Below, piece after piece: positions 13,740 through 28,600 of a stretch of DNA of 64,000 bases. Within the stretch, counting starts at the first letter, position 1, and the number at the start of each line of letters is the position of its first letter. The DNA comes from Amoeboaphelidium protococcarum X5. Lineage: Eukaryota; Fungi; Aphelidiomycota. The stretch spans positions 504,280 through 568,279 of the forward strand of contig JALDTO010000213.1 of assembly GCA_023515725.1 (NCBI GenBank), written 5' to 3'. Position numbers and translations under genes: made by a program. The notes beneath the pieces were generated by a model. It did no database searches. It was not told the DNA's origin and saw only the letters and a list, made by a program, of their open reading frames with translations.

Positions 13740-14906
13740 ATGACCAACAAGATACCTGTTACAATCATCACTGGTTTCCTCGGAGCGGGCAAGACAACGC
13801 TGCTGAACCACATTTTGACAGAGCAACACGGTGTCAAGATTGCAGTCATTGAAAATGAGTTTGGTGAAGTTGGTATTGACGATGCATTGCTATCCAAACG
13901 TGGCGGAAAGTTTGATTCAGAAGAAGACATCATTGAACTGAACAATGGTTGTATTTGCTGCACGGTTCGTGGCGATTTGATTAAGATTTTGACTCGCCTG
14001 ATTAATAGCAACCAAAAGATGGATATGGTCATGATTGAAACCACTGGATTGGCTGATCCGGCTCCTGTTGCTCAGACATTCTTTGTCGATGACTTTATTG
14101 CTTAGAATTATTCATTGGACTCCATCCTCACTGTGGTTGATGCTAAGCACATCTTGCTCCATTTGGATGAAGTCAAGCCTGAGAATGTCGAGAACGAATC
14201 AGTTGAACAAGTCGCGTTTGCAGATGTTTTGCTGCTCAATAAAACTGATCTGGTCTCAGAGGACGAACTTGCTCTTGTTAAATCTAAGCTCGCATCTATT
14301 AACAAGACTGCAACGCTGATCGAATGTCAGCAATCTCGTGTTGATCCAAAGAAATTGCTTCACCTTGATGCCTTTTCCATCGAAAAGGTTCTAGAGATGG
14401 ATCCTCAGTTTCTGTCCGAGTCGGAACATCAGCACGATTTATCTGTAACTTCTGTGGGGCATACGTTTGATGTTGAACTTGATATCAATCTACTGGGCAA
14501 ATTTATCTCAATCTTGATGCGTGAAAAGGGAACGGACTTGTTCCGCTACAAGGGAATTTTCCCGATAAAGGGCAGGGAAGAACGTTATGCTTTCCAAGGT
14601 GTTCATATGCTGTTTGGTGGCGGCTTTACGACTCCTTGGGGCAGAGATAAGCGTGAGGGGCGTTTCATTTTCATCGGACGTAATTTGGATCGCAAGCAAC
14701 TGATTGATGGTCTGATGGCATGTCAAGCTCGTCCTCTCCGTTTCAAAGTTGGTCAAAAGGTACTGGCAAAGTTGAGTCAAGGTTACATGCCTGGAACAGT
14801 TTTGAAGCAATGGGACGAGGGAAATGCTTATCGCGTCAAAATTGATCATAATCAATAGGAAGTGTGGGCTAGCGAAGATACGGATGTTTACATCAAAGGT
14901 GCCTGA
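13740..14906 (+). CDS. COG0523/CobW (ZNG1-like) zinc metallochaperone GTPase with an extra C-terminal SH3/Tudor-like domain
   Basis: [42 protein letters not shown]; continues through two TAG codons to TGA. Confidence 0.92.
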
Positions 14907-15401
14907 TTGATAATATAAGTAAAACAACTTTCTCGGACGTTACTTCATCTTGCTACAATTAATAATTCTGTTCAGTGTCTCAAAAGATTATGCTCTTTTA
15001 TAGTACGGCGTTAATCTCTTTCGGCCTCAACAGCACATTCCAGGTTCTTTATGATGCTGTGAAAACCCCGTAAAATAAGATGTACGCGCAATAGAAGACT
15101 TGCTTGGCTGAATTTGCATGATTCAACGATCCTCACACATTGGTTGTATTATTTGCATGCCGAGCTTATGGTCCTCGTTAATGAAAATTAAATTTGCACT
15201 ATGTAAATTAATCTTCACGTCCTCTCACACTTGTAAATGTGCCGGTTAGGGAGTTTAATATTTCTCTTTGATAGTTTGAATTCACAAACTGCGATACACG
15301 GTTCATTTTCGTTCAGGCCTTAATGAGACATGAAACGCGACCGATCTCTTTTTCGATTTCAGCTCACACATTTCACTAAGCTTTAGAAAAAAATTGCAAA
15401 T

Positions 15402-16799
15402 ATGACACTTCAAGATCAGTCGGCATTGCTAGTTACGCATAAAGATGGCGTATCTGTTTACAAAAATCTTGGAAAATAGTTGCTTTAATAAAATCCTGTT
15501 GGCACGTATAAGCTACCGTAGTTTGGCAATAAGTCGACGTAATCTAGCGCCTCTGATCTACATGGCGTATGCTCAGTAGCTACGGGCAGCAGATTATTCA
15601 TCGCTGCCAATGACGCGCCATTGATATATCAGTACAATTATTCTAAAGGAAATCCGGTTGATAAGACTTATTATGCTCCTCCGTCATAGAAGTCTAACTC
15701 GATTGGTTTGATATCTGCAATGATATGCTCGTAAAATTTAAAAATTGATCAAAATTTACATGGAAATTCTCTCGTATCAGATTTGCTTATCGCCGGCACA
15801 ACCAATGGCTCGATTATTGTATGGAATATGCAGAGTGGTGTCATGCTAAAGAATGTGAAGGCTCATTTTGGGGCTGTGACTAGTTTGGCTCTTACTGGTC
15901 TTAATGGCGATATTCTAATCTCTTGCGGTGGACACAGTGATTCTGTTGTGCACTTGTGGAATTTACTTGCTGTTTATGATTCAATTCATTCTGATGGAAG
16001 TATGACCGGTGGCGATTCCTTTGATGGGCAACTCAGTATGCGCGAAAAATTCTATCCTGTATGTTCACTGAAAGACCATACCGCCAGAGTTAATTCAGTG
16101 TATGTTAGCATGCAACACGATCTGTTCGCCACCTGCTCTGATGATAACACTGTAAAGGTGTGGACCATTTCGCTATAGAATTAAGGCAATGAATAGTAAT
16201 CACAGAAATCCTCAATCAGTGCGCAATGCTTGCTAACAGTCGTATATCAAGAGCCAATTAAACGCGTAATTATAGATGCTGCGGAGTCTATGCTTTTCGC
16301 CGGATCGTTGTCTGGCTGTGTTAACGCGTTATCTTTGCTGCCGTAGAAAAGCGGCAAACCAGCGGCAACCGCTACATTGGATTAGAGTGTTTAACATTTC
16401 TCTGTAGATAGTGTTGCGGAATAGACTAGTAACTTTGTCTTGTCTAGTCATAAGACTGCTGTGTCAGGTATGGAGTTTTAATGCGCAAGACAGTTTGATT
16501 AGTCGCAGTTACTATTCACCTCTGATCTTGATGGCTATGTCAAAATTTGGGACACTGACAGTCGACAATTACTGCACACTATCAATTTCTTTGGCGTAAA
16601 TAAAATGGGTCCAGTTTATGGTATAGATTTTATATACAACTTGCCAAGTCTGTTTGTGAAGGCGCCTTAGATTGAGAATTAGAAGCAATTGCGTGTCTAC
16701 CGGGATATCTAGGTAAAATTAGCTTCAACAGTTGGATCTGATGAAAGTGGTCAATATCAGATGGTTCACGTAGAGAACAAATGCCAAATTTTGAACTGA
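15402..16799 (+). CDS. WD40 protein, WDR18/Ipi3-like (Rix1 complex)
   Basis: IAGTTNGSIIVWN, AHFGAVTSL, DSVVHLWNL, DHTARV, TCSDDNTVKVW, DGYVKIWD in one frame to TGA. Confidence 0.72.
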
Positions 16800-16947
16800 A
16801 TTTAAAATTTATATTATTTTATTGAAGTGACTTACTTTTCAAATCAATCAACTTTACAGCACTTTTGAAAGGCTTCGAACTCAACCAAGTTCTTGACGCG
16901 TCTTTCGGCCAATCACTGTTTCAGTTTGAATTGTATCGACTTTGAAA

Positions 16948-17884
16948 ATGAACCAATCTAAGCGTGCTGAATTGAAAGAGCCTACTGACGGTGCTCTAAT
17001 TACTCCCATTTTAATACTTCTTTGTATATGGAATCATAATAATAATACATATAAAGAAAGGAAAGAATCTACAGTCTATTTCAGGAGAACTTTCGCGTGT
17101 CTGCTGATGTGGCAATGACATTTGCAGAAGATATGGTGGAGGTGGTGATCCCAGAAGGACGCGACGAAAATGAACACCTCTTATGAATGGCCCGTGAGAT
17201 AGGCATATATGGAAATCATCTTCCTTCTAAATACGTGCCTGGTGCAGTAACATCAGATCTAAAAGCTTTCAAAATAGGAGAGTTATTTGGTGGTGCTCGT
17301 GGAGATCGCGCCGAGAAAATTATTCACGCGGTCCGATGCCAACAAGATTTGAAACAGATTGCGACCATTACTCAGCAAATGAAGGATAAATTTTAGTTAT
17401 CAAAAGTGATTTATCACGGCGTTGTAAATTCTGCGCTGGTCATCAAACAGGTTCCATATGGTTTCCAGTATCTGTCATCGTAATTTGAAAATCCTAATGA
17501 GCTTGGTGATGGAATATACTGCTCATATAGTCTGGAACATGTGTATTAGCATGTAAGTAAATATCAAAGTGGAGGATAGGCAATAATGATCTTTGACTGG
17601 TCCTAGGTAGATGACATGGAATATTATCACGTGTATGGGGCAGAGTGGAAATTGTTGGTCAAACAGCATATCTGCATTTTTAATGATCAGAAGCGGGCAG
17701 AGATTGGAGTTCCTCCACTATTGTTTGAAGAACATGATGTAGTTGAGGGACTGTAACTAGAAATTACAAAGCCATACAATCGTGTTCTGAACCGCTGAGT
17801 GGTGCTACTTCCCAAGTCGTGGTGTTAAGAAGACATGATAAGATACTACTGCCTCGACTGATAGGTGTGATATATCTAATATGA
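16948..17884 (+). pseudogene. Disrupted ADP-ribosyltransferase-fold (DUF3990-like) gene
   Basis: IYHG...ELGDGIYCSYSLEH...IMIFDW...EW...HDVVEG...SQVVV. In-frame TGA at 17184-17186, frameshift near 17757; 5' structure unresolved. Confidence 0.45.
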
Positions 17885-18754
17885 CCACGAATGATAAAAA
17901 CTGTGGGAATTAAATTAAGTTAGTGAGAATTGTTTACATAAAACCTTGATTTTTCATTTCTAACATCGAGTCACTGTTGAGTAAAGTTGAGTCGACGTGT
18001 TTCAATCAACCAACCACTCGCACTTCTCTTAGCAAAGAATTGTGTAAATATACTTGTAATATTAAAGACTTGCATTACTTTTTTAATCAATTTTACACGA
18101 GTTATTTAGTGTTATGAACTCGATACTTCTTGAGTCTACTTAGATTGACGCGCCTTGCCTTTTTATTAGCCTTGTAAATGAATTCAGATTAGCGAGGATA
18201 CTACTCTTAGGTAATAGTGGAATTATTTGCAGCAGATTACTCATTTACTAGCGAGCTTACATTATTGTCTATTCTTGCAGTTACTAGACTTCTTTTATAC
18301 AATGCAACACGATTTGTATGTAAAGTAGGCTCCATACTGGACAACTCAAACATGACAACTGAAGCAACGATTAAGGTTACAATTACAGCCAGAACTTAGC
18401 TCATTATTGCGCAAATGACGAATAGTTTTAAAAATTTAAAGTCTACTTGAATGGATAAATTGATATGAAAGATATTGAATGAGACCATGAAAGTCATGCT
18501 ATGCTGATAGAGAATTGTTATTGTTTCAACACAACAAAGTGGTGATTGAATAAATGCTCCGTCCGTTTGACTTGATTGGACGCGTTGCGCGTTCTGATTG
18601 TTTCGATCATTAAAATCAGCGATCATTGCTGATACTATTTGTGACATCTCTGATACCTTTTATAGAACGTCCTTCCCATTTTGCGATCTACTGTTATAAT
18701 TGCAATGCCAGTTTTATCTTCTTTCTAACATTAAGTAATCCATTTATAACGAAA

Positions 18755-19285
18755 ATGACAATCTTCAAGTATTTCATAGTATTATTGATATCCAGCGTGT
18801 CTGCATACTCGGTCAAATCTGAGTAAAGTCAGTACAAGCAAACCGTGTGTGCGTCACAGAAAGGCTACTGCACTTCCGTCTGTGGTGGTGAACAGAACAC
18901 GAAATTCAATGAGTGTAATGTGGCATCGATGAAATGGTCTTGTGAGTGTGTGAACAAGCAGATGGCCACTGTGTAGAATGCAGCCGACTCTTTATTCCCG
19001 GTGTAGACTTATCAGTGTTTCGGTGAGAAGAGTGAGTGCTATTCCAAGTGCAGAGATAATCCTGGATCATCGCCAAGTGTAGAGCTGTGCCAGTACAATG
19101 AATGTGATATCAAATTCACATGTGGATCTGCGAAAGGAGGTGAGAAGACTAGTTTTCGCGTGGCAGGTGGTGAAGCTAATAAGATGGACGATCAAAGCTC
19201 AGATGCACCTCATTAACCTGTTAACGTTTTGCAGATGAATTCAGTCTCCCTGGTTCTCTTTCTGTTATACGCGTCTCTTCTTTGA
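18755..19285 (+). CDS. Small secreted Cys-rich protein, probably GPI-anchored
   Basis: Signal peptide MTIFKYFIVLLISSVSA; regularly spaced Cys (CASQKGYCTSVC...NECN...WSCEC...YQC...C...C...CG) like fungal anchored wall proteins; hydrophobic C-terminus. Confidence 0.78.
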
Positions 19286-19393
19286 ATTCCTCTTAGCTCT
19301 ATTGAATGACTTTAGATTTCGATAAAATAAACCTTTTCTGAAGTGATACATCTCTTTTTCCAAATAATATTCGAATTTGTAAATTGATTTAGG

Positions 19394-20197
19394 ATGATAC
19401 AATAGAAAGCGAATACGCGACATTAGTCGAAAATTAATGGTGATAAACTGCACTAGAATGTAGCTACTAATAGTCAGATGTCAAAAGAGCTACACTTGTA
19501 AGAGAAGTAACGCGTTGTAGATGAAGTAAATGCATTGAGATAAATACTGAAATTGAATTAGAATCAACATCGAAGAACAGAGTACTACGGGAAATTGCAA
19601 CACGTATTACGTACAATATAAAGATGTGATGATAATGATCCCCTAGAATTAGTTGAGACCAAGAGAGTAGTGGAGAAGGCATTCGTGGCTATCAATAGGC
19701 ATTTACTCCATAGTGGCATATTTTTGCCTTTTGCAGTGCTTGTCAGTGGAATTTGTGCTCGGCTGTGGACTGAACTGAATGAGCACATGAAAGTGCTGCT
19801 GCATCAGTATTCTGAAATGGATGCATCCGTACAGTAACTGTTGATATAGGAAGTTTTTGGGTCTTGCGCGCCAACCCCTTCAGTAAATGCGAGTAATCGA
19901 TAAGATTCTCAGGTGGATCATTATTCAGAATCTCAAAGAATATAGAAAGTGGTAGAATTGCGCAAAGTGGATGATTTACTAACGCAAGAACGCGATTCTC
20001 GGAGTCAGTCTGTTGATTACAATAATGATAAACATTATTAGAAAGCCGAAGATGATATACAAACTCCATCGTTCTTTGACATTAAAGAAGTTAAACCGCC
20101 TCCCAAGAAGATCAAGTTGGATAAAACTGATGTAAAAGTATATAAATCGTCATCATCATCTGCGAATGAGATTGATGATATATTTGGCGATTTATGA
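19394..20197 (+). CDS. RMP1: RNase MRP subunit Rmp1/NEPRO-like protein
   Basis: LNQNQHRRTEYYGKLQHVLR, FLPFAVLVSGICARLW, C-terminal EIDDIFG. Absent from the ORF track because of many TAR codons. Confidence 0.68.
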
Positions 20198-20312
20198 GCC
20201 TTATCAGAACATTGTCGTGTTGTATACAGTACTATCTCCAATTTTAACACCAATCTTCTACGTTCATCTTCTCAATTGTTGTAATCGCGCTTGAAAAATC
20301 ATCAGAGTAACA

Positions 20313-22277
20313 ATGTATCGATTTGGATCCAGAATCGGTGTGAGGAGATTTAGTGCGTAGGCGCAGTAGGTTGTGGTATAGTCAAATGCTCCAAGGACTA
20401 GTCCTAATATATATCCTACTGATAAGATTCGCAATTTCGCCGTCATTGCCCATGTCGATCATGGGAAAACGAGTTTGATTGACTGTCTGCTGAAGGAGAG
20501 CAAGACCAACTTGAACACGGACGGTCAACGCGTCATGGATCATAATGCGCTGGAGAGAGAACGTGGTATCACGATTTTGTCCAAGGCTGCATCCATCTTC
20601 TGGAAAGACCATAAGCTCAATTTAGTAGATACTCCGGGCCATGCGGATTTTGGCGGTGAGGTGGAACGCGTCCTTTCCATGGTTGATGGTGTCGCACTGG
20701 TGGTGGATGCCACTGAAGGCCCGATGACGTAGACTAGATTTGTGCTGTAGAAGGCTTTATCGCGTGGGCTTAAGCCTCTGGTTGTCATTAATAAAGTGGA
20801 TAGACCGACGGCCAGATTGGCTCAGGTTGAAGATGAAATTCTGGATCTGTTTATTACATTGAATGCCTCTGATGATCAGTTGGATTATCCCACAGTATAT
20901 GCTAGTGCCAAGTAAGGCTGGGCAGTTAATCAGTTTGAATCTGTCGAAGCTTCAGCTGGCAAAGGGACTGGAGATTTGTTGGACTTGATTATTAAACATG
21001 TGCCAAGTCCAAAGTGCGATCAAGATTAGCCATTTAAGATGTTGGTTACACAATTGGAAAGTGATCCGTTCGTTGGCAAGTGTTATCTCGGGCGTATACA
21101 GTCTGGCATTATTGGAGTTAATGACAAGATCAAATCGTTAGATGATAATGGGAACGTTGCATCAGAGGGGCGCGTCATTAAAATGTTCACTCGATTTGGG
21201 TTAGATCGAGTGTCTGTCGAAGCTGCTGGTGCTGGTGATATTATTTCTATTGCCGGTATCGCTGGCTCGAGTGTAAATCATACACTCTGTAATCCTGATG
21301 TCAATGAAATCATCAAATCCGTTCCTATTGATCCACCTACTGTATCCATGACTTTTTCGGTCAATGATAGTCCACTGCAAGGTGAAGACGGATCCAAGTT
21401 GACGTCTTCAATGATCCGCGAAAGACTGCTGAAAGAGGCAGAGACCAATGTGGCAATGAAGATAATTGAGGCTGCGTCCAAAGACTCTTTTGAGGTTCGT
21501 GGCAGAGGAGAATTACATCTTGGTATTCTGATAGAGACGATGCGTAGAGAGGGGTATGAACTATCTGTCTCACCACCGAAAGTGATTTTGAAGAAGAATA
21601 AGAGCAAATAGCTGATGGAGCCTATGGAAGAGGCAGTTCTGGAGGTGCCTACTTCTATGTCCGGCTCGGTGATTTAAAAGTTGTAGAAGCGCAAAGGTGA
21701 AATGAAAGGCTACGTTGAACTTGGGGATCGCGTTAAATTGACCTTTGAGATTCCTTCGCGTGGCCTCCTTGGCTATTCCGCAGAGTTTAAGAATGAGACT
21801 AGTGGTCAGGGAGTTCTTAATCACATATTTACCGGGTATACGCCATTTAAAGGCTAGGTAGACAAGAGCAGAAGAGGCTCTCTGGTGGCAACTGCTTAAG
21901 GAACGGTGACTGTGGCGGCAGTTCAAGCTATCGAGGCTAGAGGTACTCTGTTTGTGAAGCCGGGAGATAAAGTCTACCAAGGCATGATTGTCGGTGAGTG
22001 CTCCAAGGACAATGACATGGAAGTTAATGTTACTAAAGCTCCCAAGTTGACCAATGTTCGCGCCGTGTCAAAAGATGAATTCGTAAAGTTGACTCCCCCG
22101 CGCGTCATGCCTCTTGAATAGATTCTGTCATACATTCAAGAAGATGAGATTATAGAAGTCACTCCGAAATCTATCCGAGTACGAAAGAAGATTCTGAATC
22201 CGGATCTAAGAAAGTCTAAGACTTATAAACAACCCCAGGATAATTTGGTTATAGATGAAGACGATGTGCTGGTTTGA
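20313..22277 (+). CDS. typA: Organellar (probably mitochondrial) TypA/BipA translational GTPase
   Basis: Arg-rich presequence, [54 protein letters not shown]. Confidence 0.92.
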
Positions 22278-22499
22278 ATTAGTGCTTTTGAATTGCAACG
22301 TGATCAGCATCCAGTTCAATAGATTTTCGTTTCCATAGCAACAAGCTTGATTGTGCTATTTTAGATATTCAGTGAGTGACCACTTCGGTATCCTCTTTTA
22401 GCACAATTCACATTTATTATTAGAAGGCGCACCAAAATAATATTTCTAATATCTTTACGTTGTTTACTACAAAATTGATAGAAAGTATAACGGAACAAG

Positions 22500-23240
22500 A
22501 TGGGTCGTCGTAAGATTGAGATAAAGCAAATTGAAAATGAACGAACTCGCCAGGTATGAATCTCTTTTCCATCACTTTGACTTTACCAGATTTAATATTA
22601 CTATGAATATTATATGTAGGTCACCTTCTCAAAGAGAAAATTTGGTCTGATGAAAAAGTGCTATGAACTGAGTGTACTGTGTGGATGTGATGTCGGGCTG
22701 ATGATGTTCGCTCCAAACAACAAGCTGTATCAGTTCGCCTCAAGCGACATGAACACAGTCTTGGCAAAGTACACGCAATTTCCAGCACCGCATGAGGCCA
22801 AGACTGGTATACAGCTGCAGCAAGCATTCGAGAGTGGCGAAGATGGCGAGTATGCTCCAATGACTGGATCATCGCGTGCAAGTGGATCAACACACTCTCC
22901 AAGTCGATCAGTGGTTGGGAATAACAATCAGATTGGAAGCGGTTTCTCGTTCAACAACTCTCAATTGTGGCCAATGCAGCACTCAGCATCACAGCCGTAT
23001 CAATAGAGCTACCACCAGACTATGTAGCCTTATGCAATGAGTATCAGCAGTCCGATTCGATCTGGGCCATTTGATCAAGGCGTTCCATTCCTAGGATACA
23101 ATGCCGGAATGGTGGATTACTCTTAGCCATTCCCCGCGTACTATCCAGCAATGCCACCTTAAGACCCGATGCAGTTCCATCACTAAAATTCCTAAAGTGA
23201 CGACGCGGCCAATAACAACAACAACAACAATAACAATTGA
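22500..23240 (+). CDS. MEF2/Rlm1-type MADS-box transcription factor; intron 22554-22619
   Basis: MGRRKIEIKQIENERTRQ / VTFSKRKFGLMKKCYELSVLC; GT-AG intron after codon 18. Confidence 0.9.
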
Positions 23241-23407
23241 TAAATTTTTGTTGAATATATACGAGATATTTTTGTTTCAATACTATTGCATTTGCTTTGT
23301 TATTTTCTACCATCATTTTGTTTTCTTCATCAAGGACCGTTTTGTAATTACCATAAAAGCGTGTTCTTGTTCAATAAAAATTATTTTTATACGTTAAACT
23401 CTTTGAA

Positions 23408-25441
<2,034 letters not shown>

Positions 25442-25632
25442 TGATTTATAAAAATCTGTTTAACTTTATTTATTTTGTACTTTTTTTAAAATGCTGCTCA
25501 ATTCATCTTTCTTTCAACTTCCATAATTATCAACCTGCCCACAACTCATTTTGTCAGTCAGTAATTTACCTTGACTTCATATAACCAAACACCAAACAAT
25601 AATCACTCCATAAACACCATACCACGTACGCT

Positions 25633-28600
25633 TCACTTGGCATCATTGCTGCCATTTACATTACTCTTCTACTTTGCAGAAGCAGCAGAACTTCCTTGAT
25701 AAGCAGGAGATGTTGCAGCATACTGAGGACTAGTAGGAGAATACTACGGACTAGTAGGTGAATATTGAGGACTTGTCGGCGAATACTGTGGACTAGTTGG
25801 CGAGTACTTGGGAGACGTTGGACTATAACTTGGACTAGTAGGACTATAACTCGGACTGGTCGGTGAATACTTTGGACTAGTTGGACTGTAACTCGGACTC
25901 GTCGGACTGTACGCAGGACTGGTAGGCGAATAGGATGGACTAGTGGGACTGTAAGCAGGACTAGTTGGTGAATATGATGGACTGGTTGGACTGTACGCAG
26001 GACTTGTGGGACTATAACTAGGACTAGTTGGTGAATAGCTAGGACTTGTCGGGGAGTAACTCGGGCTAGTAGGTGAGTAACTCGGACTAGTCGGACTGTA
26101 GCTCGGACTCGTGGGACTGTATCCAGGTGAAGTAGGACTATAACCAGGGGATGTTGGAGAATAAGATGGACTCGTAGGACTATAACCGGGACTTGTTGGA
26201 CTATAGCCAGGACTTGTTGGACTATACCCAGGACTAGTAGGACTATATCCGGGAGATGTCGGTGAATACTGAGGACTCTTTGGCACAAATGGACTTTAAG
26301 CACCAGCACCACCCATAAACGCCGGGCTAGCTGCAGAAGCACCAAGCGGCACCGGAGAGAATCCACCATTCATGTACGAGCCACCACTGATAATAGGAGA
26401 GAACATGGCATCACCAACACCACCACCGCCATTAGCAAAACCATTGGTACCGCTAGGATAGAAAGGTGTCTTCTCCGGATTAATGTAAGGTGTAAATGCA
26501 CCAGGAGTTGCAGAGCCATACTTATCACGAGCACGTATACCAGCTTTCATAGCCATAGCGTTCAAAGCCTTTTCATCCAACATCACCTTAAAGTTACCAG
26601 TGCCCAAAGGAGCAACTTGTCCCATAATAATATTCTCCGCCACACCTTGACACTGATCCAATTCTGCACACGCCGCAGCTTCCATCAGAATCTCCACAGT
26701 TTCTTCAAAGCTAGATCGAGCGAGAGCACTAGTCTCGGCACGATTGATTCCGTGTCTAGTGATGGCCATGAGTATTCCATGCTTTGTCATCACATCACAT
26801 AACATGGACAGGTGGCGATAGTTGACGTAAGAACCATCAAATTCAATGACATTTCTCAACTCTTTCAGCAGAGCAGCACGACCAGCCTCAATACCAAGAG
26901 TCTCTGTGATCTCAACAATATTATTGGAGTATGTACGACCGGCGTCCACATTATCAACAGTCATCACATTCTTCAAGTTAATACCATCAGTCTCTAACAC
27001 CCACTCACTAAACTGCTCATAATCGCCTTGATCATTCAGAGCCACATTCTTCTTCTCAACCATGAACACTCTATTAATTCCCTCAATACCACGCAATGGA
27101 ATCTGATTCAAAATGTGCGCCTCCAACTTTCTGAGGATTGTATCTTCCTCATCCAAAGCATCCTGGTCCACATCCTCCTCATTTCTCAAAATTCTAATTC
27201 TAATAACTGGCACAGGAGCGTTCTCATCCGAGGAGCAAATATCCAAATCATTCTAAAATTCCTCTTTCAATCTACTCACAATCAACTGCGGCTTAGTCTC
27301 CTTGTCCAGCATCATTCTGCGGTCCAAGACAATTCTGAGAACCCACGGCGAGTATCGACTAAAATCTTCATCGACCATCAGAGAGTAATAGGCCAATACT
27401 GTGTCTTCATCCTCCACGATTCTAGTATTCTCAATATCCGGATCATACCAAATCTCTGTTCTATCAGCCACCTTCCGTAAAGTGGTATACTCGATAGCCG
27501 CCTGCACTTCCTTGGCTTTCTATGGCAATTTGGCATAATCACCTTTAAGGTAGATGGTGGTAGATGGCGTCTTGTTATTCCTGGCAACATTTATGATTTC
27601 CTTCAATCGCGGCACACCAAGCGTGACATTCTTACTAGACACACCGGCGTAATGGAAAGTATTTAAAGTCATCTAAGTCGCAGGTTCACCGATAGATTAG
27701 GCAGCAATAGTGCCAACCATCTCATTGGGCGCCACCATAGACTAATGGAATTTGGATTCAATTTCACCCAATATCCAACTAAAAGCCGCCTTGGTCAGAT
27801 GGAACTCTTGAAGAATACGTTTGGTGGCCAGCACAGATCTCAGCAGAATTCTGAATAAGAGCGAAGCATTCTCTTTAAGCTCGGCGGTGCATTTGTCCTG
27901 AGTATTAATAATATTGATTTTGCTAGCGAGCTCTTGAACAGATCTGACGATATCTGCCGGCCTGAGATCGGATCTCTCATTCTTCTTCACTTTAAATATG
28001 CATTGAGCATTCCAAATCAGACGGCTAATGTTCACAGGAAGTGGCCACTAATTATCTCCCTTACGGAATATATGATCTCGCAGCAAGGCGCGGTCCCTAG
28101 ACAATTGTTCAAATTCTTCATCTAATAAAAGTTGAATTTCCGGAGTTTATACCATTTCCTACAGAATTTCTGGCTTCACCGTCTTTGGGGATAGTTGATA
28201 TTTTGAGTCAGAGACATCGATCTTGTACTTCATCTTAAATTTATCTTCATTAAGTCTTAAAGAGTCCAGAGTCTATCGCTCCATACTAGTTCCGTCCATT
28301 CCGTCCTCGCCATAGGCAAACTACAATACTTGACCAAGTGCGTTTCTAACCGAACAGTCATAACCAACAGAAACATCCTCGAGAGCTTTCACCAATCGCC
28401 TCTAGATATAACCGGTCTCGGCAGTCTTAACCGCTGTATCAATCAAACCTTCTCGACCGCCCATTGCATGAAAGAATAGCTCAGATGGAGTCAGTCCTCT
28501 GAGATAAGAATTCTCCACGAAACCACGACTTTCAGGACTTTGATCATCTTTGGTGAAATGCGGAAGTGTTCTGTACTTGAAGCCAAATGGGATTCTTCTA

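Noticed and set aside
17184-17186. In-frame TGA as possible Sec/Trp readthrough (also 12235-12237)
   Set aside because: Both loci also carry frameshifts, TGA ends all intact genes, and no SECIS was recognised.
13740-22277. Bacterial contamination suggested by CobW and TypA
   Set aside because: Both use TAR=Gln, TypA has a presequence, and neighbouring genes have spliceosomal introns.
25702-26268. Tandem 21-nt repeat resembling an array or CRISPR
   Set aside because: It is the RPB1 CTD: no spacers, synonymous variation only.
28400-28460. Intein at the equivalent RPB1 bridge-helix site
   Set aside because: The sequence reads [11 protein letters not shown] without interruption.
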